From: the human T2T-CHM13v2.0 reference genome, Homo sapiens
Assembly: GCF_009914755.1 (NCBI RefSeq)
Contig: NC_060944.1
DNA length: 64,000 nucleotides
Strand: one strand, 5' to 3'
Made by a program: the position numbers and the translations under genes. Under the pieces are notes generated by a model. It ran no database searches. It worked only from the letters and a program-made list of their open reading frames with translations, and was not told the origin of the DNA. Positions 14,231 through 26,430 of this stretch are shown here, in pieces (position 1 is the first letter of the stretch; each line of letters begins with the position of its first letter).

Positions 14231-15433
14231 GAGTAGTTCCTTTCTTCCCTTCCTTTCCCCCACCCAGAGTAATACATCAGGGGCTCCAGAGGCAGCAGGC
14301 AGAGCTGAAATAACCTCAGTGAGTTCTGAATGTGCCAGCTTTCTAAATGCATTGGATTGCAGGAGATGGGGCAAGTGAAAGAGGAGCAGAAAGCTCAGTG
14401 GAGAAGTCAGAGTTTAGCAAGGACTGCAGCCAGTCTGCAATGACAAAGCCACCCACCAATTTAAAGGGAGCGTAGAATGGCAACAGAGAACAAGTCCTGA
14501 TGGTTAGCAGGCAGGACTTAGAAGTTCCCTGTCCAGTTTTGCTAACAGCTGCTGTCAGATACAATTGGATTAAGCAGATAGGTTTCCTATTAGGTAAAGA
14601 AGTATTATTTTCTAATTCTTTGTGGTTTCGTAAAGCCAACTCTGAGTTAGCCGTAGCCTCAGCAACTTGCAGCAATAATGAATCTTCAAATAGAATTTAG
14701 CAACCCTGAGAAAGATGCCAAAACTCATGCTTAGTGTTGAGCTAAGAGACTCACAAAGAGAAGAACTTATGTACTTGCTACTCATAAATAAGCCACCCAC
14801 CAAGGGACACCAGATAACAGTGAATGTCCCAGGATCCTGAAGAGGCTCAGTGGTGGCAGCAAAAGCAGATTATGTCAGAGGCCCCTGGTCGTGATTTGAC
14901 ACTTCTTAAAGAAACAAAACTGAGGCCAAGGAATTCTGATGAATGAGAAATTCATCCAGTTCCAATCTACTGGATTTATACTTCAAGAATGGCCATATTT
15001 CTTCTTCCATTAGTCTCGACAATGGGAAAGAAAAATAGATGCACGGCTATCCTAGAATGGTAGACAATCCCTGGATTACTCCAGGAAGTATTACAAAAAC
15101 CACTGGTCTACAGAGACTTAAAGAGATCTGCTTCTGCTGTAATGGCACCAGTGACTTGTTCCTTCCCCACTGAGAAAATTGAGTCTGTCTTCTATGGACC
15201 TCAGTTTCTTGATTTGAAGACGATTAACAGAACAGAGCATCGTAAAACCAGTTCCCTTATTTTATGCATTCAAAAGAAACCCCATCTTTGTACATGACTG
15301 AAGAATATTGTAAATTACTCTGAGTTTTGAAGGACCCCTCTCCTCCCTATGACAAATACACCACACCAAGGGTTTCAAAAACCCAAGTCAAGTAAATGCT
15401 GGTAGTCACAAAGATGTACAAAAAGACATGGAA

Positions 15434-15800
15434 TGTGTCTCAGTCAATTCAGGCTGAAATAATTAACAAAATAGCTTAGACTAGTGCCTTATAAACCACA
15501 GAAATTTATTTCTCACAGTTGTGAAAGCTGGAAATTCCAAGATCAAGGAGCCAGGAGATTTGGTGTCTGGTAAGGCCTTTCTGGTTCAGAGATGCCACCT
15601 TTTTGCTGTGTCCTCACATGGTGGAAGGGGCAAGGCAGCTCTCTGGGGCCTCTTTTATAAGGATATTGATCCCATTCATGAGGGGTCTTCCCTCATGACC
15701 TAATCACCTCCCAAAGGCCCCACCTCCCAATACCTTCATATTGTTGATTAGGTTTCAACATATAAATTTGGGGGGGACATACACATTCAGACCATTAGCA
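15434..15800 (-). mobile_element. MLT1A-type MaLR solo LTR
   Basis: cagaaatttatttctcacagtt...tccaagatcaagg...ccctcatgacctaatcacctcccaaaggccccacctc...ggggggacatacacattcagaccattagca. Confidence 0.85.
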
Positions 15801-16160
15801 CCACCGGCATCCAGAGTTGCCTGTTTCTCATCTCCTTCTCTATGTGCCTTAGGCATAAGGAAAATCCAAAAATAAAATTCTTTTCTTGCTAGCAAAGTAT
15901 TCTAGTGGGAAAATCAGTCATGGTGTTAATAATCAGTTTGTCTTATTAAATTGTCCTCTCTCCCACCCCATCGTCCAAATTAGTAGAGAATTTAGAGTCA
16001 GCTGAATAATTTCACCATTAAGTCATTTAATACGTGTGGGTTTTCTTCCAGCAAACCCTAAATAATTATGCTGAATTGAGAAAAAGATGTTGTTTTTAGC
16101 TAGAGTGTAAAATTGTCACTGTAGTGGCCAGTGTGTGAAAAAAAAAAAAAAAAAAGAAAA

Positions 16161-17377
16161 GGCAATTTTAGCTTGGTGGCTCAAACAACTCAGATTTAAG
16201 TCACTGCTACAAACGGCTTGTCACAACTGGTTGGGACACTGTTGCCCAAGTTTCTCAAGTGATTAGTTTTGTGAAATTCTTCCACTAAGTGGTATTTTCT
16301 CTCTTAATGCACAGACAGGACTGTGCCACATCCTTACTGACCTCAAACCCAAAGTAAGAGAGAAAAGAAGTCTAACTAGAAAACAACACCAGGCAATCAT
16401 GAGGTCTGCAGACGGCTTGTGGAAGCTGAATATTCCTTACACTTCTCAAAACAAAACCCATTTTTTTAAAAAAGTATTCATTTCCAGTGGCCTAAAATGT
16501 AAAGTCTTCTCCATGGTCTGACTGCTCCCTGGGCCTCTGCTATGTGCTGCCAATGAGATGCCCAAGGTTCTCTGGGCTTGTCCACAGCCCCAGCCCTTTG
16601 GAGATCCTTCCCAGTGAGGCTCAGGTTCCTGCAGGATTTAGAAGTCTGCAGCTCATGCACTCAGCAGGGCAAACTGTGGTTGTTTACTCCTCCTGTCATC
16701 TTGGTTCTTTTGTCCTAGTGATATCTTGACTTTTCTATGGCTTTTATCCGCTAGATAAAGAGGTCTTTTCCACCTACAAACACTTGTGAAATCCTCTCCC
16801 AATTATCAGTATACTGAATCCTGCCCCAGCATGTCTGTGCAGTGGTGTGCTGGAGATGGCCTGGGCTGGCCTGCAAGAGTCAATTATGCACAACTCTTCC
16901 CAACTTTGACATCACAGGGGTAGCCTCCAATCAATCATGGTGGTAGTATTTACACCATGAACATCAGAAAATGCTACAAATCAAGGTTTCATCCCCCAGT
17001 GTCAGTTACTAAACATTTGCAAGCTAACCCCTATGTCCATCTATTGACAAATCACTTCCTCAAACTCAGTAGCTGTCTCCAAAACCACCCTAAGTGTGGG
17101 GAATATTCAGCTCCCATAAGCCGTCTGCAGACCTCATGATTGCCTGGTGTTGTTTTCTAGTTAGACTTCTTTTCTCTATTACTTTGGGTTTTGAGGTCAG
17201 TAAGAATGCAGCACAGTTCTGTCTGTGCATTAAGACAGAAAATACCACTTAGTGGAAGAATTACACAAAACTAATCACTTGAGAATCTTGGGCAAATATG
17301 TCCCAATTGGGTGTGACAAATCTGTTCTAACAGTGACTTAAATCTGTATTGTTTGAGCCACCAAGCTGAACTTGTCC
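16161..17377. repeat. Long inverted repeat: arms 16161-16444 and 17092-17377 (~90% identity), 647-bp spacer
   Basis: Manual alignment of the left arm's reverse complement to the right arm gives ~28 differences in ~276 bp, including a 60-bp perfect block (aagccgtctgcagacctcatgattgcctggtgttgttttctagttagacttcttttctct). Confidence 0.97.
16840..17032 (+). mobile_element. MER63A-like hAT-Blackjack MITE, in the inverted-repeat spacer
   Basis: Terminus cagtggtgtgctgga; internal ctcttcccaact...catggtggtagtatttacacca...aaatgctacaaatcaagg...taaacattt. Confidence 0.75.
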
Positions 17378-17795
17378 ACTTTCATTTTTCTCAAAGGCAA
17401 GTTTCTGAAAGTTAGACCTAAATGGAATGTTTTGAAATATAAAGGTATTGAAATTTTCCATAGTTGTTAGCAATAATATCCCCCCTTTTTAATGGAGTCA
17501 TAACAGAATAAATATATTTATGTGTGTATGTGTGTACATGCATGGGTAGGTGGATGGATGGGTGGATGGATGATGTTAAAATAGAACTAAATGCGTTGAA
17601 GCATAACCTGCAATAGAAGATGGGGGAGGGAAATGAGGATGGAGCTTCCCCTCTTTACTGTGTCCTCATTTCAGGGCCCTTGAAGAAACATCAGGTTCTC
17701 TGAGTCACAGTGTAAGAAACATGGGCTTACTAAGTTTTTAAATCACCTTTACTGACATATAATTTTACACAAAGAAAATATCATTTTTATAAACT

Positions 17796-17864
17796 TTTTA
17801 TTTTTTATTTTTTTATTTTTGAGACAGAGTCTCGCTCTGTCACCCAGGCTGGGGTGCAGTGGTG
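17796..17864 (-). mobile_element. Extremely 5'-truncated Alu (~44 bp of right-arm 3' end plus tail) with TSD
   Basis: T-rich tail plus gagacagagtctcgctctgtcacccaggctggggtgcagtggtg. TSD aaactttttatttt at 17791-17804 and 17869-17882. Confidence 0.9.
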
Positions 17865-17869
17865 TAAGA

Positions 17870-19170
17870 AACTTTTTATTTTGAAATAATTTTAGATATA
17901 CAGAAAAGCTGCAAAATAGCACAGAGAATTCTCTTATACCATTCACCCAGCTTCCCCTAATGTTAACATCTTACATAATCACAGTGCAATTATCAAGATC
18001 ACAAATTTGACGTCTACAGACATTTTTAAACTTCACCAGTTTTCCCACCAAGCTGTTTGTCTGGTCCAACCCAAGATCCCACAGTGCATTTGGTTGTTGT
18101 CTCTTTAGTAGCCTCCTCTCCATGTCAGATCCTTGGTCTTTTCTTATTTTTAGGACCTTCAAAATTTTGAACAGCTTGGGCCAGTTTAAGTTTGTCATCT
18201 CTTTCCTCATGATTTTGTTGAGTTTATAGATTTTCAGCAGGAATACCACAGTGACGTTGTACAGCTGTCAGCATATCATATCAGTACATGGTGTTGATAT
18301 GCCTTATTACTGATATATAATGCTTTTGAGATCCATCCATATAGTTATATGTATGTGCTGTGTGTAAAGAGGCAGTTTATTCCTTTTTATTAACAAGAAG
18401 AACTCCATTGTATGGAAGTACTAAAGTTCGTTCATCCATTCACTAATTGATAAACATCTGGATTGCTCCTGGTTTGGGGGTATTATGAATAAAGCTGTTA
18501 TGAACATTTATGTACAATAGTTAGTGTCTACAGATTTTTCATTTATCTTGGGTAAATACCTGGGAGTGCCATGTAAGTATAGGTTGAATTTTGTAAGAAA
18601 CTACCAAACTGTTTTACAACATGGCTTTACCTTTCACACTCCCACCAGCAATATCTGAGGTTCCAGCTGCTCTATGCTCTCACAAGCACTTGATATTGTC
18701 AGCTTTCTTTACTTTAGTCATTCTAGTGAGTGTGTAGAGGTACCTCATTGTGGCTTCTATTTGTTTCCTTAATGACAAATAATATGAACATCTTTTCATC
18801 ACCTTCTTGTTCATTATCTTTTTGGGTGAAGTGTTTGCTCAAATTTTTTGTTCATTTTTAATTGGATTATTTCTTTTGTTTTTGTGTTGTACGTATTCTT
18901 TATACATATTGAATACATGTACTTCATAAGATACATAGCTTGTGCTTATTTTCTCCCAGTCTATGGCCTGCATTTTCATTTTCTTAGCAGCATCTGTTGG
19001 AGAGCAAAGTACTTTTATTGTTAAGTTTTGTTTGGTTTCGTTTGATGTGGCTCATTTTATCAATCTTTTTTCTTTCCTAGTTTTTCATTTTCCTTTTGTG
19101 TGTTCTATGTAATAAATCATTGTGTAACCCAAGGTCACAAAGATTTTCTCCTATATTTTCTTCTAGAGGA
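17870..19170 (-). mobile_element. Old L1 (L1MC/L1M-type) 3' UTR and ORF2 remnant
   Basis: ttttgaaataattttaga...cacccagcttcccctaatgttaacatcttacataa...ttcatccattcac...cactcccaccagcaat...ttttctcctatattttcttctag. Confidence 0.85.
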
Positions 19171-19389
19171 CTTTCAAGTGGCAACAGCTCCTGGTATATT
19201 TTCCTTTTAGTTTCTCTACCTATTCCCTTAACTCTAAATCTAGTAACAGATTATCTTCCACCAGTTAAGTGCCCTGAGAATCATTAATTACATAATTATT
19301 TGTAATAATTATGAGAAATTTTGATGCTTTTTTATCATAAATATTCATACGTTGGCTTCTGTGAGCACTTGCTACTCACACTCATAGTT

Positions 19390-20140
19390 TCAGTGCTCCC
19401 AAAAGCAAACCCTAGATGAGGACTTGGGTGAAGACAACAGTGTGCTCATAAATATTTAACAACTGGCTCTCCTAAAATAAATAAATAATAAAAACCCTGA
19501 CATGTAGCATTTGCAAATTTCCGTGGTGTAAATACTCACATGGCAAGTTTTCAACTACTAGTGTTACATTAACTGATTTACAACAGTCCTGAATTTTTAA
19601 TAATTGTCTCTCATGACAGTTCATGAGATACAAGCCCACTCCAGCACAGCCCCAGGTGCAGGTAGTTTATTTGATCCCCAGGAGTGATCCCCAGGAGTCA
19701 AAAGTGAGGGAGTGAGAGAAATGAGACGGAAAAAGAGGAAGCCAACAAAGGGGGGAATTAAAGAGCTGATAACACTGAGGACAACTGGGGCTCGATCCTG
19801 CGGAAGAGTCTCAGAGGAACTATGTAGACCACAACTCAAAATCGTCCCAAGGAGGGTGGAGAAGACCAGGTCACTGAGGCATCAATTCCTACTCCTGTCT
19901 CTCTGTTGTTGTTAATTGTTCTTGGGCTTTTAAAACCCGGGCACTTTCAGGGTGCTCCGCACATGGGCTGAGAAAAGTTCTCTAGCACTGGTAGGAGCTG
20001 CAGGCAGAAAAGTAGAAAGTCACAGGGTGAGGTGTGGGTAGGAAGCTGTCATGGGTAGGAAACTGCCAGTGTATCTTAAGTTGTCCATTGTCAGAAGTGG
20101 GCAGAAGGGTACATCTGCTCCCTGTACCAGACACGTTTTA
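19390..20140 (-). mobile_element. ERVL LTR33/LTR16-like LTR, split by a MER63A-like MITE (19438-19652, opposite orientation to the copy at 16840)
   Basis: ccaaaagcaaaccctagatgaggacttgggtg[MITE: taaatatttaacaactggctctcc...tttccgtggtgtaaatact...ctccagcac]caggtagtttattt...gaagccaacaaaggg. Confidence 0.65.
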
Positions 20141-21229
20141 AACACTGGATCACTGCTATTCCACAACACCTCCCATTAGATCCACAGTCAGAGGTATAAT
20201 TCCCTGTCTGGTGCAAAGTTGATGATAAAATATAACCAAGAATAGGGACCTTCGGTGTCCATTAAATAATGCTTTCTTTATTGGCTGATGTCAGTGGATT
20301 CAAAGCCCCCACTGACCAGACTCTAGTGGCACTGGCATTCCCTACAGGAGCATGACTTTCATCCTTCTGTTCCATTAGTACATTTTGTATTCTTCGAAGA
20401 AAGGGTAATTCTTTGTCAGTCCTTAAAATATATGTAAGTATAATTAATAGAATCCAAACAAATAATTTCTCCATCCAAGCCACTTAATAATTAGAATCAT
20501 ATGTACGTGTGGATGAGGAGGAGGGTTGTCTCACAAACTGATAGGCAAGTCAGATTCAAATATTTTTTTGTCTCCAGACTATCTCACTGTGGTAGCATCT
20601 TGAGCTCCTGTAAGCCGTCTACATTCCGGGAGTATTTCCGCTGACCTTTCCTTGTTTGGACCTCTGACCTAATGTTTCTGTGGTTATGTAGATCAGAGAG
20701 AACCTTATCATGACAAATAATAAGATATTTTCTTAAATGCAAAATCCCAGTCTTTCTTGGGGCAAAAAGAAATTGGCTATGGCTCTGTCTTCTCCACTGG
20801 GGAAATGTCCCACAGATGTGGAACAGATGGGCCTAGATTTAGACACCATCTGCTTTTCAGTTGTAATTAACATCGGATCCAGGGGCAGATTGGATTTTAC
20901 CACTGCGTTGGTCATCCCTGATGACCGCTGGGGAATCCTAAATCATGTGTTTGTTAGAATGTGAAATCTGGTTTGGGTTTCTTTGGATGGGCAAAAGCTC
21001 TTAGGAGTCAAAGGAAGAAAAATAAACCAACCTCTTCAGCACACCACTCCTATGTGTCTGTTTCTATGGAAGTAGCCCCCACAGATGCAGTCGAAGAATA
21101 AGCCTGCTGACCTTTCCTGGTGATTTTGTAAAGAAGAACATATGCAAGCTTCCCTAAATCCACTTCTACTCAGTTGGTCCCAGTTTTTGAACAAGTGGAT
21201 TAAAATAATAATGACCCCCAGCAACAATA

Positions 21230-21460
21230 AAACTATCTAGCACTTACTGAATGCTTGAAACATTCCAGCTATTGCGCTAAGAATTTTGCACATATTATCC
21301 ACTTTTAAAACAACCATATGAGGTTGGCACTATTATTTTTCCCATTTTACACACAAAGGAAACTGAAGCCTTAGTGAGGTCAAAATAGCTCGAGTCATAC
21401 AGCTGAAATATGGACCCAGGCTGTCTGATTCCTGGTTTGTAACCACAGTATCGTTACTAC
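21230..21460 (-). mobile_element. MIR SINE
   Basis: aacaaccatatgaggttggcactattattttcccattttaca...ggaaactgaagccttagtgaggt. Confidence 0.8.
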
Positions 21461-23915
21461 CTTCACTGACTTATTTACATCTGGGCAGAGCAAGGGTAAC
21501 CAGCTAGCAAATTTCTTCCATTCCTGTTTTGTAAGGTGCAGAAGAGAACTGCCAAAACTCAAAGCTACCACTGTAGTCCAGTCTTTTTATAACCTCAAGG
21601 AAATTTATTTCTCTCATGCTTCAGCATGCCTTACCCCAGTGTGCCTTTATATGATCTCCTGGATTCCCATTTGTGACTCTGCTTCTTGCTTCTTCTGAGC
21701 CCTGGGGAAGGTAACTGGAAGCATGATTAAATTTTAGCTCTCTGCTTTGTAGTCATGGCTCCTAAACATTGGTGGCAGCATCTGCAAACTGCAAGTGTAG
21801 GTCCTTCTCATTAACGATGAGAATATCTCACATTGTTCCTCTAACAGCCGTAGAACCAAAATGTTGTCTGAGAACATCTTTCTCTTGAGTTCTGATTGCT
21901 CTCTAAGGGCACACTGGGTGAACAGATTGCAAGAAGGACATACTGAGACCAGGAGTCATCTGTGCTGATGTCCAGGTACCAAGGTTTCCCTGGAATACCC
22001 CTGAATTTCAAGCTAGCCTACATCAGTCAGAGACAAAGGAGCCCATGTGCCCAACTGAGCTAATTGTCTAACAAGAGAGGTTTTGAACTTCCTAGTTAGA
22101 AGTCCATAGTAATCATATGGTAATTATTTTAATGGGTTGTCATTGAAGCGTGAAGTTGAAAGTGCTGTAATAAGAAGCTTCAGTATGGCTTCGTTAGCTG
22201 TACTAAATCTTAAGCAATAAAACCGAAGGTCAGAGTTTAAACCCCACACAAGTGTGTTGGCTTTGTTCATTTACACACACAGCCTCAGATTGGGCCCCTA
22301 ACCCACTGCCATCCAGCTTGTTAGCTCTTTGTACCTATCATGAGAACGATCTGGCTAGACACCCTAGGATGACCTAGTTGGCCCATCACCGCTAATGAGA
22401 ATCATATTCCACTCCAGGAACACATCCTGTGGGATTAGGTCAGTTCTGGCAATAGGATACAGTATAGAGAGGCAGTTAAAGAAATGGTCCCAACCTGGGA
22501 ATCTTACTATGGCTTTCAGCAGCTGGGTGCACAAAGCTAGATTGTAGGGTGACCCCCTGAGCACCTTCTCAGGGTGCCAATCTACAATGGGCACTCAAAC
22601 ATCATTATAATAAACTGGAAATATGGTGTTGCTTAACTTGGATCTCCACGTGACAGAAGTTATTATACAACTGAAGACAAATTAATCCGCACAACTGAAG
22701 ACAAAAAGCCATCCCCTCTACCTGAAGGATCTTTTTTTCTTCTGCTATTGCTAGCCTAAATATGCATATTACATATATCTCATAGGTGCTCACATTGTCC
22801 CCGCCAGCTGAGATTTTAAAATTCAACAGTGTGTGGTAGCTACCCAAGTTAAATAAAATGTGTTCACTGTCTAAATATTAAATATTAAAACTTCAAATAC
22901 ACCCACAAGAAGTTGCCTGCTTGAGAAACATACAAAAGAAACTTGAAAGAAAATAACAATGAAAGGAAAATGGGAGATATTTTGCAGAATTGTTTGCAGA
23001 ATATTGACTATGCTTGTGCCAGGGGAAATGAATTAGTAAGAGGCTTATTTCTATACACACTTTTTTATTAATAGAAGATTAGTTTTCTCCTCCCTCCTCC
23101 ACAGAATAAATGTTGAATAAATATTTAAAGAATATAGGCTTGAAGAGGCGCCAGATTACGAGCCTGCTGGCGTCCTGTGTCTCAGGCCTATTCTGTTTTT
23201 GGAAGTCCTGGTTGCTTGCCCTTGATTGGCCAGCAGTTCCACTGTTTGATGTTATCTGGTAGCAGCAATGTCCATCAGCTCCTGAGTCTGAGTTTGCAGA
23301 GAGAACAAGAAAGTGACAGAAAGGCAAGAATGCAAAAATCTTGATAATTTTAACCAGTCTTGTATCTTTTAAAAGCACAATGTTGGGCAATAAACATTGC
23401 TGTAACTGGCACGAAAATTCCTACCTTATTGTGATAACCCTCGGAAAGGCTCAGGTTACTAATAAGAACCTTTAGGCAAGAAGTAGGTTTCTTACCAACC
23501 TTGAAGTGAAGAGCTCTATCATCTTGTAGACAGTTGAATGAGTTTTGAAATTTCAAAGGCCTCTAGAAAATTTAAATGATCTAATATTTACAGTAGATAC
23601 CTAGACAGAAGTCATTGTCCTCACTTCTCAAGTAAGCCTGAAGAGGAAGATCCCAGTATTGGCAAACAGGACCTCTAGCCAGCCAGTGTTTACCTGGGAT
23701 CAGAAGAACTCCCACAGGGTATGGCACTGGGGTTTAGAGGAGTAGTAGGGAGGGAATATCATTGAAAAGTGGGAGAGGGTAAAAGGGAAGAAAGAATCTG
23801 ATGAACCAGTAGAGGTCACGGGCATTCTGAGCTTCCTCTTATGTTGCTGAAAGCAATCAGGGTTAGATTCATGGGTTCTGGCTTGGATTGGAGTCACACA
23901 AACAGGATTGAAGTC

Positions 23916-24105
23916 CCATCATCAATGCCACCATCATCACTATCATCATCACCAACATCTTTGTCATCGTGATCACCATCTCCTCCTCATCACCATTACC
24001 GTGATCAACTTCATCATCCTTGTCTCCACCATCATCATATCACAATCACTATCGTCACCATCATCATCACCACTACTGTCAAAACCTCATTCATTATCAC
24101 CATCA
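23916..24105. repeat. Degenerate (CAT/CAC)n trinucleotide repeat
   Basis: catcatcaatgccaccatcatcactatcatcatcacc... Confidence 0.9.
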
Positions 24106-24433
24106 GATAAGGTTCATCTAGTGGAGTCAGCAGTGATTCCTGTTCAAGACAGATAACCTGAACTTATACATCCAAGTAGCATGGTCCTTCCTAGAATGAA
24201 CTTTACCTGTTCCTCCAGTCTCATCTGTTTGTGCTCCCTCATACACAATCTACATACTAGCAACAGTGAATAATTTGTAGTTTTCAAGATAAACCACATT
24301 AATTTTTGACACCATGCTTTTACTCATTCTGTTCCCTTGCCACTTCCTTCCTAATGGCTAATGCCTGTTCATCTTCTCAGATGTTATGTAGGTATCAATT
24401 CTTCCAGATAATCCTACCATATTATCTTCTCAC

Positions 24434-24663
24434 TCTCAGCTCACTGCAACCTTTGCCTCCTGGGTTCAAGCAATTCTCCTGCCTTAGCCTCCCAAGTAGC
24501 TGGTATTACAGGCATGCGCCACCCTGCTGGCTAATTTTTGTGTTCAGTAGAGATGGGGTTTCACCATGTTGGCCAGGCTAGTCTTGAACTCCTGACCTCA
24601 GGTGATCCACCCACCTTAGTCTTCCAAAGTGCTGGGATTACATCGTGTGCCAACGCACCCGGC
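24434..24663 (-). mobile_element. AluS lacking its 3' end and tail
   Basis: Starts abruptly at tctcagctcactgcaacc, ends gcacccggc; no poly(T). Confidence 0.9.
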
Positions 24664-25349
24664 TTCCATCCTCTCATTCTCTAAGACCTAGGTTAGGTGT
24701 CCCTCCTCTGTGGGTTTGTGGAATCCAGTAAGTCTAGGTTTAGCTTTAATTTCAAAGGCTCCGCTTACATATGTAGAAGATATATTGGGGCTCCATTAGA
24801 TCCACATGAATTCTCTTTCCTTGTTTGTGTGTCTATCCAGCAGCTCTGTGTGCTTTGCTACGAATGTTTCACCCCTACAACCTTCAATGAACTACCTTAG
24901 GCTACTAGAGCCACTTCACCAGGAGGCACTGAGAGTGAGAACGACCTGGGAATTTGTGTTCTCGGGGGGTGGGGGGTCAAATAACCAATGATTGATTGGT
25001 ATAGTAGTAGGAAAGTCCAGCTGCTTTGCCTCAAGTTCTGTGGTGCAATCCACATTCTGTGCAGGTGAGGCTAAGGCTGAGGTGTCACCTGGCATCACAC
25101 CCCTCATTGGCTGCTGCTTCTTCCTTGTCTTGCCTTTGCCACTACCTTATTGGTCCCCCATTGCATATGGACTCTTATCTGAGGGTCTACTTCTGAGCAA
25201 CCCAACCAAGACCTCGGAGCCTTTTTCCTTGTATTGATTCCTATCACCTGAGAGCCAATTTCCCTCTCACACTAAATGGCACCTTTAAATGAATGAATGA
25301 ATGGGATGGTGACCAGACAGGTAGGGAATTCTGCATCTTCAGTGCCTGG

Positions 25350-25590
25350 AGTCTACTGAGAGTGGAGGCTGTATGATTCAGATCAGGGGCTTTGAAGTCA
25401 TGTGGCACTAAATTTGGATGAATGCTGACTCTGTAAATCGGGCATCTTTCTTATTTCCTCCAAACATAAGTTTACTCATCTGTGAATCAGAGATTCAGCA
25501 GGCCCAACTTCTGTATGTTGGTTATTGGGAAAGTGAAATGAGCTAATGCATATCAAGCACTGAGCCCAGGGCTTGGCCCACTGAAAGCTC
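25350..25590 (+). mobile_element. MIR SINE, followed by an L2 3' end (- strand, ~25590-25780)
   Basis: agtttactcatctgtgaatc...aaatgagctaatgcatatcaagcactgagc, then (ATTC)n L2 tail. Confidence 0.7.
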
Positions 25591-26430
25591 ATTCATTCAT
25601 TCATTCGTTTATTCATTCAAATTCCAGAAGGAGTACCAGGTACTGCTCTGGAACTAAGGATACAAAAGTAAACTAAACTGTCCCAAGATCATTCAAGCAA
25701 CAACCGGGAAGCCAGTGTGCCTGGCACAGAGGCAGCAGCAAGGGAGAAGGATCTGAGAACAGAGTGGCTACTTAGTGTCCATTACTCAAAATCAAGAGAT
25801 TGTATCTAGAAGCCCAGCTTTGCAGCTTTTCTTAAAGAATCAGAAGCTTTGACCACACTAAGCACGTATTCTCCTGCAACAACTGGCTGAGTCAAAGATG
25901 GTCCTCCACTGTCCAGTGAGCAGTGGGCCCTACCTCATTCATTTCTACATTCCCACACCCTGCTGTTTCCTGTGGGCAGTTGAGGTCATGGCCCAGGCAG
26001 CAGCCTCTGACAACACCAGGGACTCCCACACTTCTCATTGCTCACTGCCTCCACCCTGTGCCTGTCATTCTTTCCCTCAACCACAGAATGGGGATAAAGA
26101 ACCTCAATCATCTATGCCTGTTCTTGTACGAACCAAATGAAGACTTCTACTGGGTAATACTTTGAAAAGGAAGGAAACTCATATAGATGTAGGAGGAATT
26201 AACATTCCTTATTCTACAAGAGAGGCCCTTCCTTGGAAAATAATTAATGGACTCAAACCAGGAAGGTATCTTCCTCTAGAATCATGCTTCACAGAGTGTG
26301 TGTGTGCTTGCCAGGGGAAAGTTGCCAGGAAAACCAGGAAACATTTCTGCTTCTCCATCATGCTTGGCAGCAGGGCTTCAGGAGGATGGCAGTGAGAGGG
26401 GATTTCACTTTTTCAAAAATGAACTTTTTT

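Noticed and set aside
19291-19313. 10-bp AT-rich palindrome cataattatt-tgt-aataattatg
   Set aside because: Short and low-complexity; plausible by chance in AT-rich DNA.
22667-22705. 15-bp direct repeat acaactgaagacaaa with a 9-bp spacer
   Set aside because: Only two copies; an ordinary micro-duplication with no functional cue.
23908-24156. His-rich 82-aa ORF
   Set aside because: Translation of a degenerate (CAT/CAC)n repeat.
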